Shown here one piece after another: positions 46,820-59,925 of a stretch of 64,000 bases of DNA. Source of the DNA: the human T2T-CHM13v2.0 reference genome, Homo sapiens; assembly GCF_009914755.1 (NCBI RefSeq), contig NC_060926.1; one strand, given 5' to 3'. Each line of letters starts with the position of its first letter. The stretch's first letter is position 1. The translations under genes were made by a program, and so were the position numbers. Under the pieces are notes generated by a model. It made no database searches and was not told the origin of the DNA. It saw nothing but the letters and a program-made list of their open reading frames with translations.

Positions 46820-49337
46820 CCTTAAGGGATATTTCTTTTACCATGGATGAATTCATCACCTTCCAACATCAGCCACATCAGCTTCTCTCTTCTTAGCACC
46901 CTTGAGCAAGTCACAGTTATAGAGTGCACAGGCAGAAAAATCACACACACACAGGAGCATGAGTTACAGTTCTGAACTATTTTGAGTAATCAGAAAGTTA
47001 CCTAAATATTATTTTTTTAAAAAATTAAGGTCAATTTAGCACTGAAATTCTTGACAGATTAAGAAAAAACTGTAACTTTGATAATGTCATGACTTTGGAT
47101 ATTAACTTGGATTATTTGACACGTATTTTATTACTTAGTTTAAATGTAGCAGGTCAAATCATATATTTAGAAATCCGTTAGCTATAAATAGTAAATACCC
47201 AATATAAAATAGTTTATAAGACAGGAGTTTTTCTAATCTTCTAATGCCAGCATTTATGATATAGTCTACTGCACAGGAATCTCCATTCAGTTTATAAAAA
47301 AAAAAGAAGAAAGAAAAGAAATATTTATGAGATTGATGCTCCCTACATTTTGTTCTATTAGAAACCAAGGCACAGAGAGCTTATAGATCATAGAGCATCA
47401 TCTAGTTCAGTTGAATATTTAAGGAATTAGGCCTGAGTATGTCCACTCTGAACCGGGCAGTCCCCAGCATCTTCTTATCGTTTCTCCTTATCATCAGGGA
47501 CAATTTCACTGTCAGGTAGCACATGGGATGTTTCTTTCAAAATTTTAAATGTATGCATAATTACATTGTTCTTTAGCCTTTCAGATATTTCATGAGAACC
47601 TAGCCAAAATTTTTGACTAACACATAGTTCTGAGCCAGCATCTAATTAGTATTATGTAAGCTATAATACAACTGAACTCAAACTAAAATATTTTTAAAAC
47701 CAGAATACGTATCTTCCCAAAATGGTATCTGTTGGTATAACTGATATGCATATTTGGTAAAATTCATTCTTTATACCAGATGTATATTTATTTCAAAGTT
47801 AATGTATTTTAGGTCAACCTCTAAAATGTTTCTCTTAACTAGTTTGCTGTGTTCTAACCAAGGCATATTATTTAAATGACACTCTATTACTGCCTTTGTG
47901 TATGCAAGAGGAAGCCAGGAGAAAACAAAATCTTTGTAAAACTTAAAGGTATTCTGAATCAGCAGGGTCAGCACTTCATCAAAATAGAAATACGTACATG
48001 CATGCACACACAAGAAAAACAATTACTCCCATATCGCATTTTATCACACAACAAGATAGATAAATAAAACAATCTATTGGCAACTAAATAAAGAAGAGGC
48101 ACAAAATAGCTTTTTATACTTCCCAGAAAAGTCACGAATCCTTTCATCTTGTTTCTCTTTCTTTTTCAACCACTGGTTCCTATCATCTGAGTAGTCCTCC
48201 CAAGGCTGGAAAGGGGGACAGGATAAAACAATTTTAGTTTCTTATTTTTTCATTTCTTAAGAGAATGCGTATGCCTGTCTTATTATGAAGCAATTAACAC
48301 CAAGAGAAGTAATAATCCCTGTGATTTTGTGAGCACTTATTATATACCAGATATTGTCTTAGGCTCTCTCTTCTATCTCATTAGAATCTCCCCACAACCT
48401 TAAAAGGTAAATAGTACCATCTCTTTTTATGGATGGTCAAATTGAGTATCTGGAGCTAAGGAAATGTTGGAGGTAGACAGTTAATGAACTTGGGCCACCT
48501 GTCTGATCATACTCACCTCTCCACGTTGTAATCCTGACCATGATCTATGTACTTCTATTTAAAGGATGCAGGACATCAGGTCAGCATGTCACAATTTTGG
48601 GTTCAGTATATTTTCATATATTTATAAGGCATTCAAACAACAAGTAGGACAAGCATAAACAGAGGTGCCAAAAGAATTTCCATTTTCTGTTTCTGTTTTT
48701 CCTCTATCAGAAGCTGCTACTCTCCACAGTGTCAAGACACCTATAGGACTGTCACAATCATGTTCTCCAGGAGCCAGGACTCCTGCCTTTTCACCTCATA
48801 CCTGCCAGAGAACACCTTCCCTGTCTTCACCTTCCTGGGATAGGGTATCTAGGCATTTTTTGCTACAATTTTTACACTCCCTTAAGGGTCTCCTCAGTTG
48901 CATGCACCACAGTTATCATGCTTGCAGCCTTTCTCAATCAGTTCAGAGAGATAAACAGTCCCTTTAGGAGCTAATTTTAGTAAGTATTTTCTCAATTCCC
49001 CCAAGGAGAGTGCATGGCTAATACCATTCTAGATGCAGGAGAGAAGATAATTGTATTATGTTCAATAGATACCGTAGAGCACTAGAACCTAATTCCCTTT
49101 CAGAAGCCTATTGAGAAGCCTTGTAAAATGTCTTCTAGTTAGTTTGTGTCCCTCCCAGGAACATAACATTTTCATAACTTTCCAGAAAATATTTTGAGAT
49201 ATCTTTGGGTTTTATTTTCCACCCTTTATTTCTGTTTTCTTTTGCCTTACTCTTTATCAGGCACAGGGCCCTGTACCCATTGCCTTGGGAGACTCTTGTG
49301 ATAAGATGTAAAAGAGAAGGAACCTAAGAGTCTCTAA

Positions 49338-49994
49338 ATGAGCCTAACAGATGTATTATCTATGCCATGGAATCACCTCCAGCTAGTAAGGGCAGGCTGG
49401 AAAGGATTCCGTGATACAGATAACATGCCCAGGAGGTTGGGGTCAGGGATGAAGGCTGGGGGTCATAAAGCTTTCCCTGTCCCTCCCCAAGAGAAGGAAG
49501 TTATTCTTTTGGATCCTGAACTGGAGGGAGGAGAGCTGCTGGTTCTGACAGCAGAGGAGGTTTCCAGCCCAGACTCCCAACATTTTACCTGTGATCCAGA
49601 ACAGAAAGAAATGGTAGCCTGGATAGGCAACAGGACTATTGGCGGTCTTGTAAAATATCCTGGCACCCCAAAAGTGATCCTGAAGCAAAAACATTCCTCA
49701 GATCCTGAAGAGGCTATGCAGGCCAGTAGAATGGACACCCCACCAATAACAGTTGTGTACCCCAAACCATTGACTCTACCACCTGCCTTCCCTACAGCAA
49801 ACCCCAAGATATCTTTGCTAAGACACCATATAAGATGCCAGAACTCAAGCATAATGTTAGGAGGCAAGGATGAGCAAACAAAAGTAATGCATGCCTGGGT
49901 TTGTGCACCAAGATCATACCCATGTTGCTTCTCAAAACAGCCAAGAGTGTTAAAAGGTCAGACCTGCTTGTTTTCTCTTTTTACATATAATTAA
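49338..49994 (+). CDS. Hypothetical 218-aa ORF, no recognised homology
   Basis: Longest ORF in the window, in sequence I do not recognise as a repeat. Strong acceptor at 49260/49261; ATTAAA at 49990 and AATAAA at 50337 downstream. No recognisable domain. Confidence 0.2.
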   Translation: MSLTDVLSMPWNHLQLVRAGWKGFRDTDNMPRRLGSGMKAGGHKAFPVPPQEKEVILLDPELEGGELLVLTAEEVSSPDSQHFTCDPEQKEMVAWIGNRTIGGLVKYPGTPKVILKQKHSSDPEEAMQASRMDTPPITVVYPKPLTLPPAFPTANPKISLLRHHIRCQNSSIMLGGKDEQTKVMHAWVCAPRSYPCCFSKQPRVLKGQTCLFSLFTYN

Positions 49995-50360
49995 ATGATG
50001 ATGTAGACAAGTAGTTTGCCACAGCTAGTAAGCAGCAGGCCTGGTACCTGAGGCTTTTAGCTTTAATTTGTATTCTGTCCACATTCTGAAAGATGGCTTC
50101 ACTCTTTTAACGTTAAATTGAGCTCACCATGACTCAGACAATGCATAAAAAATATAGATATACAAATTAAAATCATATGAAATCCTATCTGATTAATTAT
50201 CCTTCCAGATATATCTCTATGCATTCTTAACTTATGAAAGTATGCATATACATATATACAAGTGAACTGGGTTCTCTAAATGTTTTAAACCTTGTTTTTC
50301 CCCTTCCACAAGGCATGAAGATCATTTTTTCATATCAATAAATAGAAATCTACATTATCA

Positions 50361-50391
<31 letters not shown>

Positions 50392-50393
50392 AT
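50361..50393. repeat. (TAAA)n microsatellite
   Basis: About 8 TAAA units. Confidence 0.9.
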
Positions 50394-51892
50394 GTGAAGA
50401 TGCATAAAGGGTAACAGATACCTGGCCTGGTGGCTGTACATTTTTAATTTGGTTTCATAAATACTTACTGATGACATTTTTTATGCCAGGCTTCATGCTA
50501 GATATTATGGAAAAAGATGAATAATACACAGATACTGCTTTTGAGATGTTCTCAGTTTAGTAGGTGAAGCAGACAGGTAAATATAATATTATAGCAGTGT
50601 AAGCCCTGAACATAATAGGTATACAAAATATAGCCTGTTAGATAATCTGCAGCTTCATTTGTACGGTACAACAGTCTCGTGTTTCTTTCTACTTCTCTAG
50701 TTCCTTTTACATGTACAACAATTTCAGTGTGGGTTTTGCATCCTCATTCCAATGGGAATTCCTGTCTCCTCCTTGAATATCTCTAAGTCAGCTTGTAATT
50801 TCCAATGACAATCAAATAAGTTACCTGCTAGGTATTTATAAAAATGATATGAATGAGTTCACCAAATGTATAAAATTCAAACAATAATCATGATGAAGAA
50901 ACAATATCTTTCACAATTAAATAACTAGAACACTTCTACTAGCCATTTCATTTTTGCCAAATGACAAATCAGAATGTTAACATAAATTGCAAAATACATA
51001 TCTTTAGAGCGTTATTTCAACATTTTGAAGGTCATCAATTCATAAAATTCTGCTTTATGTGATCCAAAAGAGTAACACTGGTGAAACATTGTTTTTGATT
51101 AAAACTTCTGTCCAGTAGGTCAAGAAGTAGCAGATCTATGATATTGATCTATGATGTTTGTATATTCAGATGTATTTTACAGTCTATTCATGCCTGTTAA
51201 CATTTACTCAGCATGCACAATGTCTTGTTATATTTGAAGACAAAATTTATACACATATTATGACCTAAAAATACTTGCAGAACAGAATTTTATTAAGCAC
51301 TATTTAAATTCATACAAAGAAAATACATACCAACTCATTTATGCACTGAGGATATGCAAATATACTGTTTAGTTTACATTAGGTTAATTGGGAAAAGACT
51401 TCTGGAGGAAATGAATTGCCAGTTGCATTTTGAAATAGTTTATAGATACAGGCAAAGAAGAAAAATCATACAGAGGACTGGAGTTGAAGATATGCAATTT
51501 GTGGCAAATTGGGTGGGTAGACTTCTAAGAAGTCTCCAGCCATTCTTTTATTCAATAGACATACACTGCACATAGTTTACACAAGAACAGTGTTAGGTCC
51601 TGAGGATACAAAGCCAGGTAATATAGCATTCTTGCCTGCAAGCTCATAGATTCGTGCAGGAGATGGGCATAAATAAAGATAGGATAAGTAAAAAAAAAAA
51701 AAAAATTATGACACAGTAAGATAAATAAATTTCATTCATTTTCCTGGAGGCATAGGATACAAGTAGAGAACAGAGAAGTGAAATTTTAAAAGTGGTATTT
51801 GGAGTGCCCAGTAAGGATCAGCTAATAGTAACAGATATTATCTTTTTCCTTCCTTATTCAGTAAGCTTTTCCAAAAACAGGTCTGCATTTGA

Positions 51893-52214
<322 letters not shown>

Positions 52215-52588
52215 TCATACTTTCATTCCTTGCAACCTAGCTTCCATGCCTCCAACTCTTGCTCTACATAATTAAAGTCTTCAATGACTCCTCAGTTGCC
52301 TAATCCATGGGTCTTTGCTCAGCTGCCATTATCTGACAGACACCTCTGCCATTCTCTGTTACACCTCTTCAACATTTACCTTTTCTCCAAAACACTTTCT
52401 CTCCATGCTCTCCTGTCACCTCTGAGAACATCTGAGTTTCTTCTTACTCTGCTTCCATTTCCATTTCCTAAATGGAGGCTTTCTCAAGTCTGCACTCAAT
52501 CATCTTCTGGAGACTTGATCACCTCAACGAGAGGGTTAACAACAAACCAAGAGTCAGCATGCTGACCCCCTGCTACACTCTACCCCAT

Positions 52589-52826
52589 TGTTACTGTAGA
52601 CAGAATATCTGACACTAGAATCATAAGACCTTTGTGTTTAAGAATTCCTTAAGGAGTTTTTGAGATCCTGAATTCCAGCAGAATGGCTGACACCAACCAG
52701 CCTGAAGACCCCTACCAAGGAACCGTCTCACTGACTCAGCACAAAAATGAGGTTTCTTCACCTCTCTGTCCCCCCGACTTCAACCCTCACTTCTCAACCA
52801 GTCAGCAATCCCCACACTTCAGCCCT
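52589..52826 (+). mobile_element. Truncated ERV1 LTR (MER39/MER4-group-like)
   Basis: GAATTCCAGCAGAATGGCTGACACCAACCAG...CTGACTCAGCAC...TCAACCAGTCAGCAATCCCCACAC. Confidence 0.6.
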
Positions 52827-53331
52827 TGTCCAGAAACAATAATTAATTGATCATCATTAATATCCATTGCCATGCCCCGTTTTCTTAAAATATTGGCTAT
52901 TCAACACTCTCCATACTAAAATCTGATTTTCCTAAAAACATTTTGTCATCATATTGGATCCTTTAACTTAAAAAATTATAATTTTTTATTTTACAAGAAT
53001 GAACTGAATGTAATAAGTAAATAAAGTATATCTATTCTGCCTTGAATTATTTCTCATTGTTGTATAAGAAATTCTGTTGATTCAAGTTTATCCAGCTCTC
53101 CCCAAGTCAACAATCATAATATCACCTGAGTTTCCACATTAGGTTTTAATCAACTGTTCAAAACATATACAGGATTCAAAGAATAAGACATTGAAGGAAA
53201 CCCCAAATAATTATTATTTCTCAAAACTTACTTGTGTCAATCACAAAATTTATTTTGTCCTTTATATCTTAAGTATCTCATTGTGCTTTTGATTTCAAAA
53301 AATATCGTTATTGCAAATATTAAGTCTCAAA

Positions 53332-53437
53332 CTGGGTGAGGAAATAATCTGTGCAACAAACTCCCATGACACGAGCTTACCTGTATAACAAACCTGCATA
53401 TGTACCCCTGAACTTAAAGTTAAAAAAAAAGAAAAGG
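53332..53437 (+). mobile_element. Very short L1PA 3'-end insertion
   Basis: CTGGGTGAGGAAATAATCTGTGCAACAAACTCCCATGACAC...CCTGAACTTAAAGTT plus A-tail. Confidence 0.85.
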
Positions 53438-55130
53438 AAATGCTAGTCAACTAAGGAAAACAGAAAATAGTCAATAGCTACTTATTAAGCACCTACTATG
53501 TGCCTACACCCAACTGGGCACCAAAATTGTAATATGAAGGAAAATCCTAGCCTTGAAAAACCTACTGACAATATGACTTCAATGTCAGAAGTGCTAAAAT
53601 GAAGGTGGTATGTGCAAAAACAGAGGAAGAGCAATTTTCATTTTGATTGTATGGTTTAAGCCAAATTTTATCAAAGTGCTGCTCAAGAAACACTAGTATA
53701 AGAACCACCAAGATTGTTAAAAATGTATATTTTGATTGAGAACCTCACAGAGAGGGGCACCAAAATATATACTTTTAACAAAATACCTAGACAAGTGGTT
53801 TTTAAACTTTTTGAACATGATCAATAGTAAGAAAATAAAACCATTTTACTTTGCAACCCAAAATACACCTATATAACTGAAATCACAGAAAGTTCTACAC
53901 AAAAAGTTTTAGCTTTTACTATCAAAGGAGCACTATGATATTTTCTTTCTTTCTTTTTTTTTTTTTTTTGTTTGTTTGTTTGTTTGTTAATTGCTGTTTG
54001 GGCCTTAACCTAAATCAACTTCTTGATTCAATAAATGGGCAGAAACTGGTGATTCTTATACAAGCTCAAATTTTAGAATCTGTAGTTTAAGAACTTACAT
54101 GGATTTCAGAATCAGAAACTTGAGAACTTAAAATCTACTATTGTCCCTTAGTAGCTGTGGAGCAATAGAAAATATATTACATTTCTTTCTACCTTATTTC
54201 TTCCAAATGTAAAATTGAAATAATAATACCTATCGTACAATATGTTTAGTGGGAGATCATCAGTAAAATCACTTATCATGGGGTTAGACATAGAATAAGC
54301 ATCTAGCAACTTTCATGGCATAATCACAGAATTGACCTATGGACTAGAAAAAAAAAAAAACAGGCAGCACGACTGGAGGAAGATGCCAGAGAAGAAAGAA
54401 ATGTTCCCTCCGAATGTCACAAGAAGGTGCAGTCATCCAAAACTCTGTCCGCAGAAGGGCGTAGGTAAAATGAATAGAGCCAGCAGAATGCTCTAAAACT
54501 AGCTGTACCTTGAGTCAGGCTGTTGGGTTTTTTTTCCCTGACATACGCTGATCCATGATTCCATTTCTGGATGGAAACATGGAACCATAGATCTAGAATG
54601 AAGTGCTTGTTTAAAATGAACTGCTGTCTTAACCAGTGGAAAATAGAGCGGGATGATGTGTATTCTCAAACCATGTTAGTAGATTTTGAAACTAAGTGTA
54701 GCTAGATTTCCAGTGACACTTCAACTTTTTGGAAGAAAGAGAAGAGGTGTACGGTACAGGACACAGAATAGGAACACCCAGGAGATAACTACAAAAATGA
54801 AAAGTGAACCTGCCATATATTTATATATTAGGCCTTATCTCACAAAATAAAATTTTTAAGTAGATAGTGCAATTCTCACTGAATTGTTTTCTTATGTCCA
54901 TAATCAGATTATATTCAAAGGGATACTTTAAAATAAAACGTAAATAATCACACATACCATGGACACTGGATACCAAGATAGAAGAGAGACGCTGCAGGTC
55001 TATACGGTACCTGGTTAAGCAATGTCAAGAAGGTGGCAACCCTAAGAGTCTGAGACCAAAGCACTTCCTGCTCTTCCTGATTGAGATACTCTCAAAGTAA
55101 TGTTCAAGTTTTGCCCTGAAAATTCGATTT

Positions 55131-55216
55131 TTTGATTCCATGTTTCTAAGAAAATTCCATGTTTGATTTCATGTTTCTAGGAAAATTTCATGTTTGATCC
55201 CATCTTTCTAGGAAAA
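55131..55216. repeat. 31-bp tandem repeat (about 2.8 units), each unit containing TTCTA(A/G)GAA
   Basis: TTTGATTCCATGTTTCTAAGAAAATTCCATG / TTTGATTTCATGTTTCTAGGAAAATTTCATG / TTTGATCCCATCTTTCTAGGAAAA. Confidence 0.9.
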
Positions 55217-56680
55217 GTATCAATCCTCCTCAATAGGGACCTTTTTATCTCAAAAGTCTAAAGATAATTTTTGCATTCAATCTGGAACACTGTAGACCAA
55301 GTCCAAAATCTTTAGTCTAATTCTAAAACAGATGAGCATCTGTTCACATGAAAATTAAATAATGGCCCTTGATACAGTCTTTTAAAGCAGTGTAGATTGG
55401 CAACAGATTCTAGTTCAACAATTTGTATGTAATAGCATGACAATAAAACCATATATAGGAATATGGAAATGTTCAAGTCCTTTAAAGCAGCAAACAGGCA
55501 TATGCTTATATAGTATATGTCATTTTTTTAAAAAATCACAGAACTAAGCAAAACATTTGTTTTCCTTTTTCCTTAGTATTCATTTTTTTCCTAGCCAGAT
55601 ATGCAGTATTATTTTTATACTATACTATTTTTATCCTAGCTATAGGGTATTATTTTTTATTTAGTATTTTTCCTAGCCAGATATAGAGTAAATTATATAA
55701 TTTGTGTAAAGCTTTGCCTTTTATGACAGATTGAGAAATACATAATAAACTACATAGATGCTGTGCTATGCACAGAAGACATTCTAGACTCTGAAGAGTA
55801 ACAAAACATATCTCACCATGTCTTCTAACCCAAGCTCAAAGACTTGTGCTTTGCTATAACAAACCACAAACAAACTCAGCAATATAAGGAGTAATAATAC
55901 AAGTTACTAAGCAAGACAACTTTACACTGTTATAATAAGGTAGAAATTTGTGATGTGTAATGGTTCTGAAGGCTGGTGATGCCTGCAGTTTGTCCCAAGG
56001 TGTCTGATACTCCAAGTATTTTCAAAGGCATCAACAGTATCCACCTAGATTCCCACCTGCCACTTCAGTATTTTGCGATCGATCCTTGGAATGTATGAAG
56101 GAATTTCACACCATGAAAACAACAATTGTTTGGACATATGGTTACTCTCTCAGAAAACACAAACTAAAAATTCAGGATAAACTTCAATGAGAAGATTTAA
56201 AGCAGCAGGCATTCATTCAAGTGTAGCTTTTTTATAAAACTTTTTTTTGTAATGGCTTTATATTGTTTGAGCAGACCTCATTTGAGGCAAGAAAACAATA
56301 ATGAGGCTTTTCTCATGATTATTGCATGTCCTATTGCTGACTTTATTTATTAATATAGGTCATTTCTTTCATCTGAATAAGCTGTCTTATCCTATCCTAG
56401 AAAGCCATATTTCTTGATTCACATTTTAAAAAGAAAATAGGATTGTTTCCCTATTTATAGGATTTAATTAATATCAATTTATTTAATTTTCTTGAGCACC
56501 TTATATTGTCAAAAATTATATTCAGTAAAGGTAGGTGAAATAATAACTGAAATGATCCTTCCTCCATTCAGCACTCAGTGGGAGAGACCTATAGAAAAGC
56601 GGAAAGAAACTCTGCTATGTGGTACAATCAATGCAAAGGTAAAGGAGAACAGAGGGTTTCATCATGCACAGAAGAGGCAC

Positions 56681-57225
56681 AGCAATCTCATTGCCAGATA
56701 TATACCCAAAGGAATATAAATCATTCTACCATAAAGATACATGCACATGGATGTTCATTGCAGTACTATTATTCACAATAGCTAAGACATGAAATCAACC
56801 TAGATGCCCATGAAAAGGGGACTGGATAAAGGAAATGTGATATATATATACACCATGGAGTACCATGCAGCCATACAAAAGAATAAGATCATGGCCTTTG
56901 CAGCGACATGAGATGGAGCTGGAAGCCATTATCCTGAGCAAATTAATGCAGGAACAGCAAACCAAATACTGCACATTCTCACTTATAAGTGGCAGCTAAA
57001 CATTGAGTACACATGAACATAAAGAAGGGAACAATAGGCATTGGGGCCTATTTTAGGGTGGAAGGTGGGAGAAGGGTATTGAAAAACTACCTATCAGGTA
57101 TTATGCTGATTATCTGGATGACAAAATTATGTGTATATCAAATCCCCATGACATGCAATTCACTCATGTAACAAACCTGCATATGTACCCTTTGAACCTA
57201 AAATAAAAGTTGGAAAGAAAAAAAA
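56681..57225 (+). mobile_element. 5'-truncated L1 (L1PA16-like) 3' end
   Basis: TATACCCAAAGGAATATAAATCATTCTAC...GGAGCTGGAAGCCATTATCCTGAGC...GAACCTAAAATAAAAGTTG plus A-tail. Confidence 0.9.
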
Positions 57226-57808
57226 TGAATTAGGATAAACTTATTAAAAAAAAAAGTCTGGCTCCCTGAGATCAGTGTTAAAGGACATGAAGGATTTAAC
57301 TGCCTGAGAAGAGAAAATGAGCTTTCTAGGCAGGGAGGAGCAAGTGCAAAGCCTAAGATCATATGTGAAAGTGTGGGCCTTGGTGTCATAGAGGGGTGGT
57401 GATAAGCCTTTGAGGAAGTTTTGAGTCTCAGCCCAAAACACTGTTTCTCAAATTGCATGAGAACTGTTTGGACATGTTTCTCAATACACACCCCCATGGA
57501 CACTCATGTGCTTTCAGAACTGATCTACAATGGTGATGATTCCTCCATGGGTATTAAGATCACTGGGGGAAATTTAAAAAAAAATTACCCTTCCTGAGTC
57601 CTGCCTTCAAAGATTTTGACTCAGTTGTTCTGTGGTGGATCAGAGCGTGATATCACCCCAGATAATTCTAATGTTTAGCCAAGGTCAAGAATCAAGAAGG
57701 GGGCAATTGCACATTCACAAGCTGCCAGGTGATTCAGATGCTCATTACCAGTCTAGAATTGCTGCTCTGAGGCTCAGCACAATGCAAGCTAAACACTATT
57801 CACCAAAG

Positions 57809-58360
57809 CAGTTGTCCTCAAAGTGTGATTCCCAGACTAGTAGCATCAGCACAACCTGGTGACTTAGTCTGTTTGAGCTGTTACAACGAAAATACCATAG
57901 GTGGTTTATATACAATAGAAATGTATTTCTTAACAGTTCTAGAGGCTGGGAAGTCCAAGATAGTCACCAGCAGATTTCACGTCTGGTGAGGACCCGTTTT
58001 TTAATTCATAGGTGACGCCTTCTTGCTGTGTCCTCGCACACTACAAGGAGCAAATAAGCTCCCTCTGGCCTCTTTTATAAGGGCACTAACCCCATTTACG
58101 AGGGCAGAGCCCTGATCAACTCCTAAGAACTCCACCTCTTAACACTATTACCCTGGGGATGTGGCTTCAACATATGTATTTTGGGGGGACACCAATGTTC
58201 AGACTATAGCACCTAGGTATTTGTTAAAAATATCAACTCTTCAGTCCCACCCTAGACTCCAGACTCACTGGATCAGAAACATGAGGGGTCAAGTCCAGCA
58301 ACCTATCCTCTAGCAAGTCCTCCAGGTGATTCTGATGTAATTAACTTTGAAAACCTATGC
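57809..58360. mobile_element. MER5A MITE interrupted by an MLT1A LTR
   Basis: CAGTTGTCCTCAAAGTGTG...AGCATCAGCACAACCTGG on the left and CTCCAGGTGATTCTGATG...TTTGAAAACC on the right. Confidence 0.75.
57860..58211 (-). mobile_element. MLT1A-type MaLR solo LTR
   Basis: ACAGTTCTAGAGGCTGGGAAGTCCAAGAT, CCTCTTTTATAAGGGCACTAACCCCATT, ends CAGACTATAGCA; TSD CCTGG/CCTAG. Confidence 0.9.
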
Positions 58361-59039
58361 ACTAAAGAGAAACTGTTGCAGTGTGTGTATAAGCGGATGT
58401 GTTTGTGTATTGGGTGGCAGGGGAAGGGAGGGAAGGCGATGCACAAACCTATCTCCTTGAGTTGCTAAATAAGGGGCAACGTTTTTATAATTTGTCTCTC
58501 TTGGCATGAGGCACATTTCTACATAAATTGCAGAGCAAGTAAAATAAAACAGGTGATACTTTTAACTTTCCTTTTTCTGGTATGTGACTCTCTTCTGGCC
58601 ATCTCATCTTCCTAGAGCAGCTATAGCTTGATTGTTATTTAACAAGTGCCAGAAAACAAAGACTAAAATATAAACACTTTATAATATAAACTCTTAAGGA
58701 AACCCTAGGCATATGTGTTCCACATTCTGTTTCAAAATGCATTAGATTTGGCACATCACATTTCCTCTCCCTAAGTTTTTGTTTTAAATTAGTCTTGCTT
58801 TACAAAGAGGCAGGGAAGGAGTGTCGGATATTGTTGAGATAGAGGTTGCTAAGAGCCGCACTTATGGTTGACAATGTAGGTGTCCTAAAAAGTCTTCATT
58901 TCTGTCTGTTTTTAGAATATTACATCCTTAGCAAAGGACAAAAATGGCTAATTAAGTTTTAGTGAGAAGTACCTCCGTGTTGTGATAGTTTCAGTTATTT
59001 CTGGCTTTGGGTTGCTTTTCTTCTCTAGGGAGGGCTGCA

Positions 59040-59260
59040 TGAGCTTTGGGAAGAGCATGGGCTCTGGAGTTATACAGACATGGATTCTAGTCCAGGCACT
59101 CTAGCTTATGTCTCCGGGAAATTGGTCAAGTTATGCAATATTCTTGAACCTCCATTTCCTTTAGATGTAAACTAAGGATAATGATTCTTCCTTTAAATGA
59201 TTATATTGTTAGCAGCAGATAAGACAAAGTGTATGTCCCATTGGAGATGCTCAGTTATAT
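59040..59260 (+). mobile_element. MIR SINE
   Basis: GAAGAGCATGGGCTCTGGAGT...AACCTCCATTTCCTTTAGATGTAAACTAAGGATAATGA. Confidence 0.7.
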
Positions 59261-59393
59261 TAGTTCTTTTCCCCTTTCTCTTCCTTGCCACCTTTTAACC
59301 ATGATGCCAGGAAGAGTTCTCTAGATTGGGTCTGAAATACTCTGAATCCTTCTTCTCTTACCAGTGATAATCTTGGTATAAGAAAAAGCACTG

Positions 59394-59688
59394 GGCCAGG
59401 CACAGTGGCTTGTGCTTGTAATCCCAGCACTTTGGAAGGCTGAGGCAGGCAAACTCCTGAGGTCAGGAGTTTGAGACCAGCCTGACCAACATGGTAAAAC
59501 CCTGTCTCTACTAAAAATACAAAAAAATTAGTCAGGCATGGTGGCATGCACCTGTAGTCCCAACTACTCAGGAGGCTGAGGTGGGAGAATTGCTTGAACT
59601 CAGGAGGCAGACGTCGCAGTGAGCCGAGATTGCACCACTGCACTCCAGGCTGGGCAACAGAGCGAGACTATGTCTCCAAAACTAAAAA
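59394..59688 (+). mobile_element. AluSx-like SINE
   Basis: Full Alu; degenerate TSD AAGAAAAAGCACTG / AAGAAAAAGGATTG. Confidence 0.95.
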
Positions 59689-59925
59689 AGAAAAAGGATT
59701 GCAGTGGGTGGGTTATCTCGTGAGGACATGGACTAATAAACTCTATCTACAATAAGGAAAAATATGTAAAGATACAGCATTGCTATAATTACAATCAACT
59801 GTAAACGTTAATTCTGTTAATTCAGTCCAGAAGCCAATAAATATTGGACACAGCTCTGAACTTAGCTCTTAACTTTTTTGTTTGAGCATCCAAAATACTT
59901 TTAGAACAGATTTCAAGGCTCAACA

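Noticed and set aside
49463-49867. 134-aa antisense ORF
   Set aside because: Shadow frame of the GC-richer 218-aa ORF region, with no independent splice or polyA support noted.
54364-54465. Protein-like frame AARLEEDAREERNVPSECHKKVQSSKTLSAEGR
   Set aside because: The AG is preceded by poly-A rather than pyrimidines, and the donor is weak.
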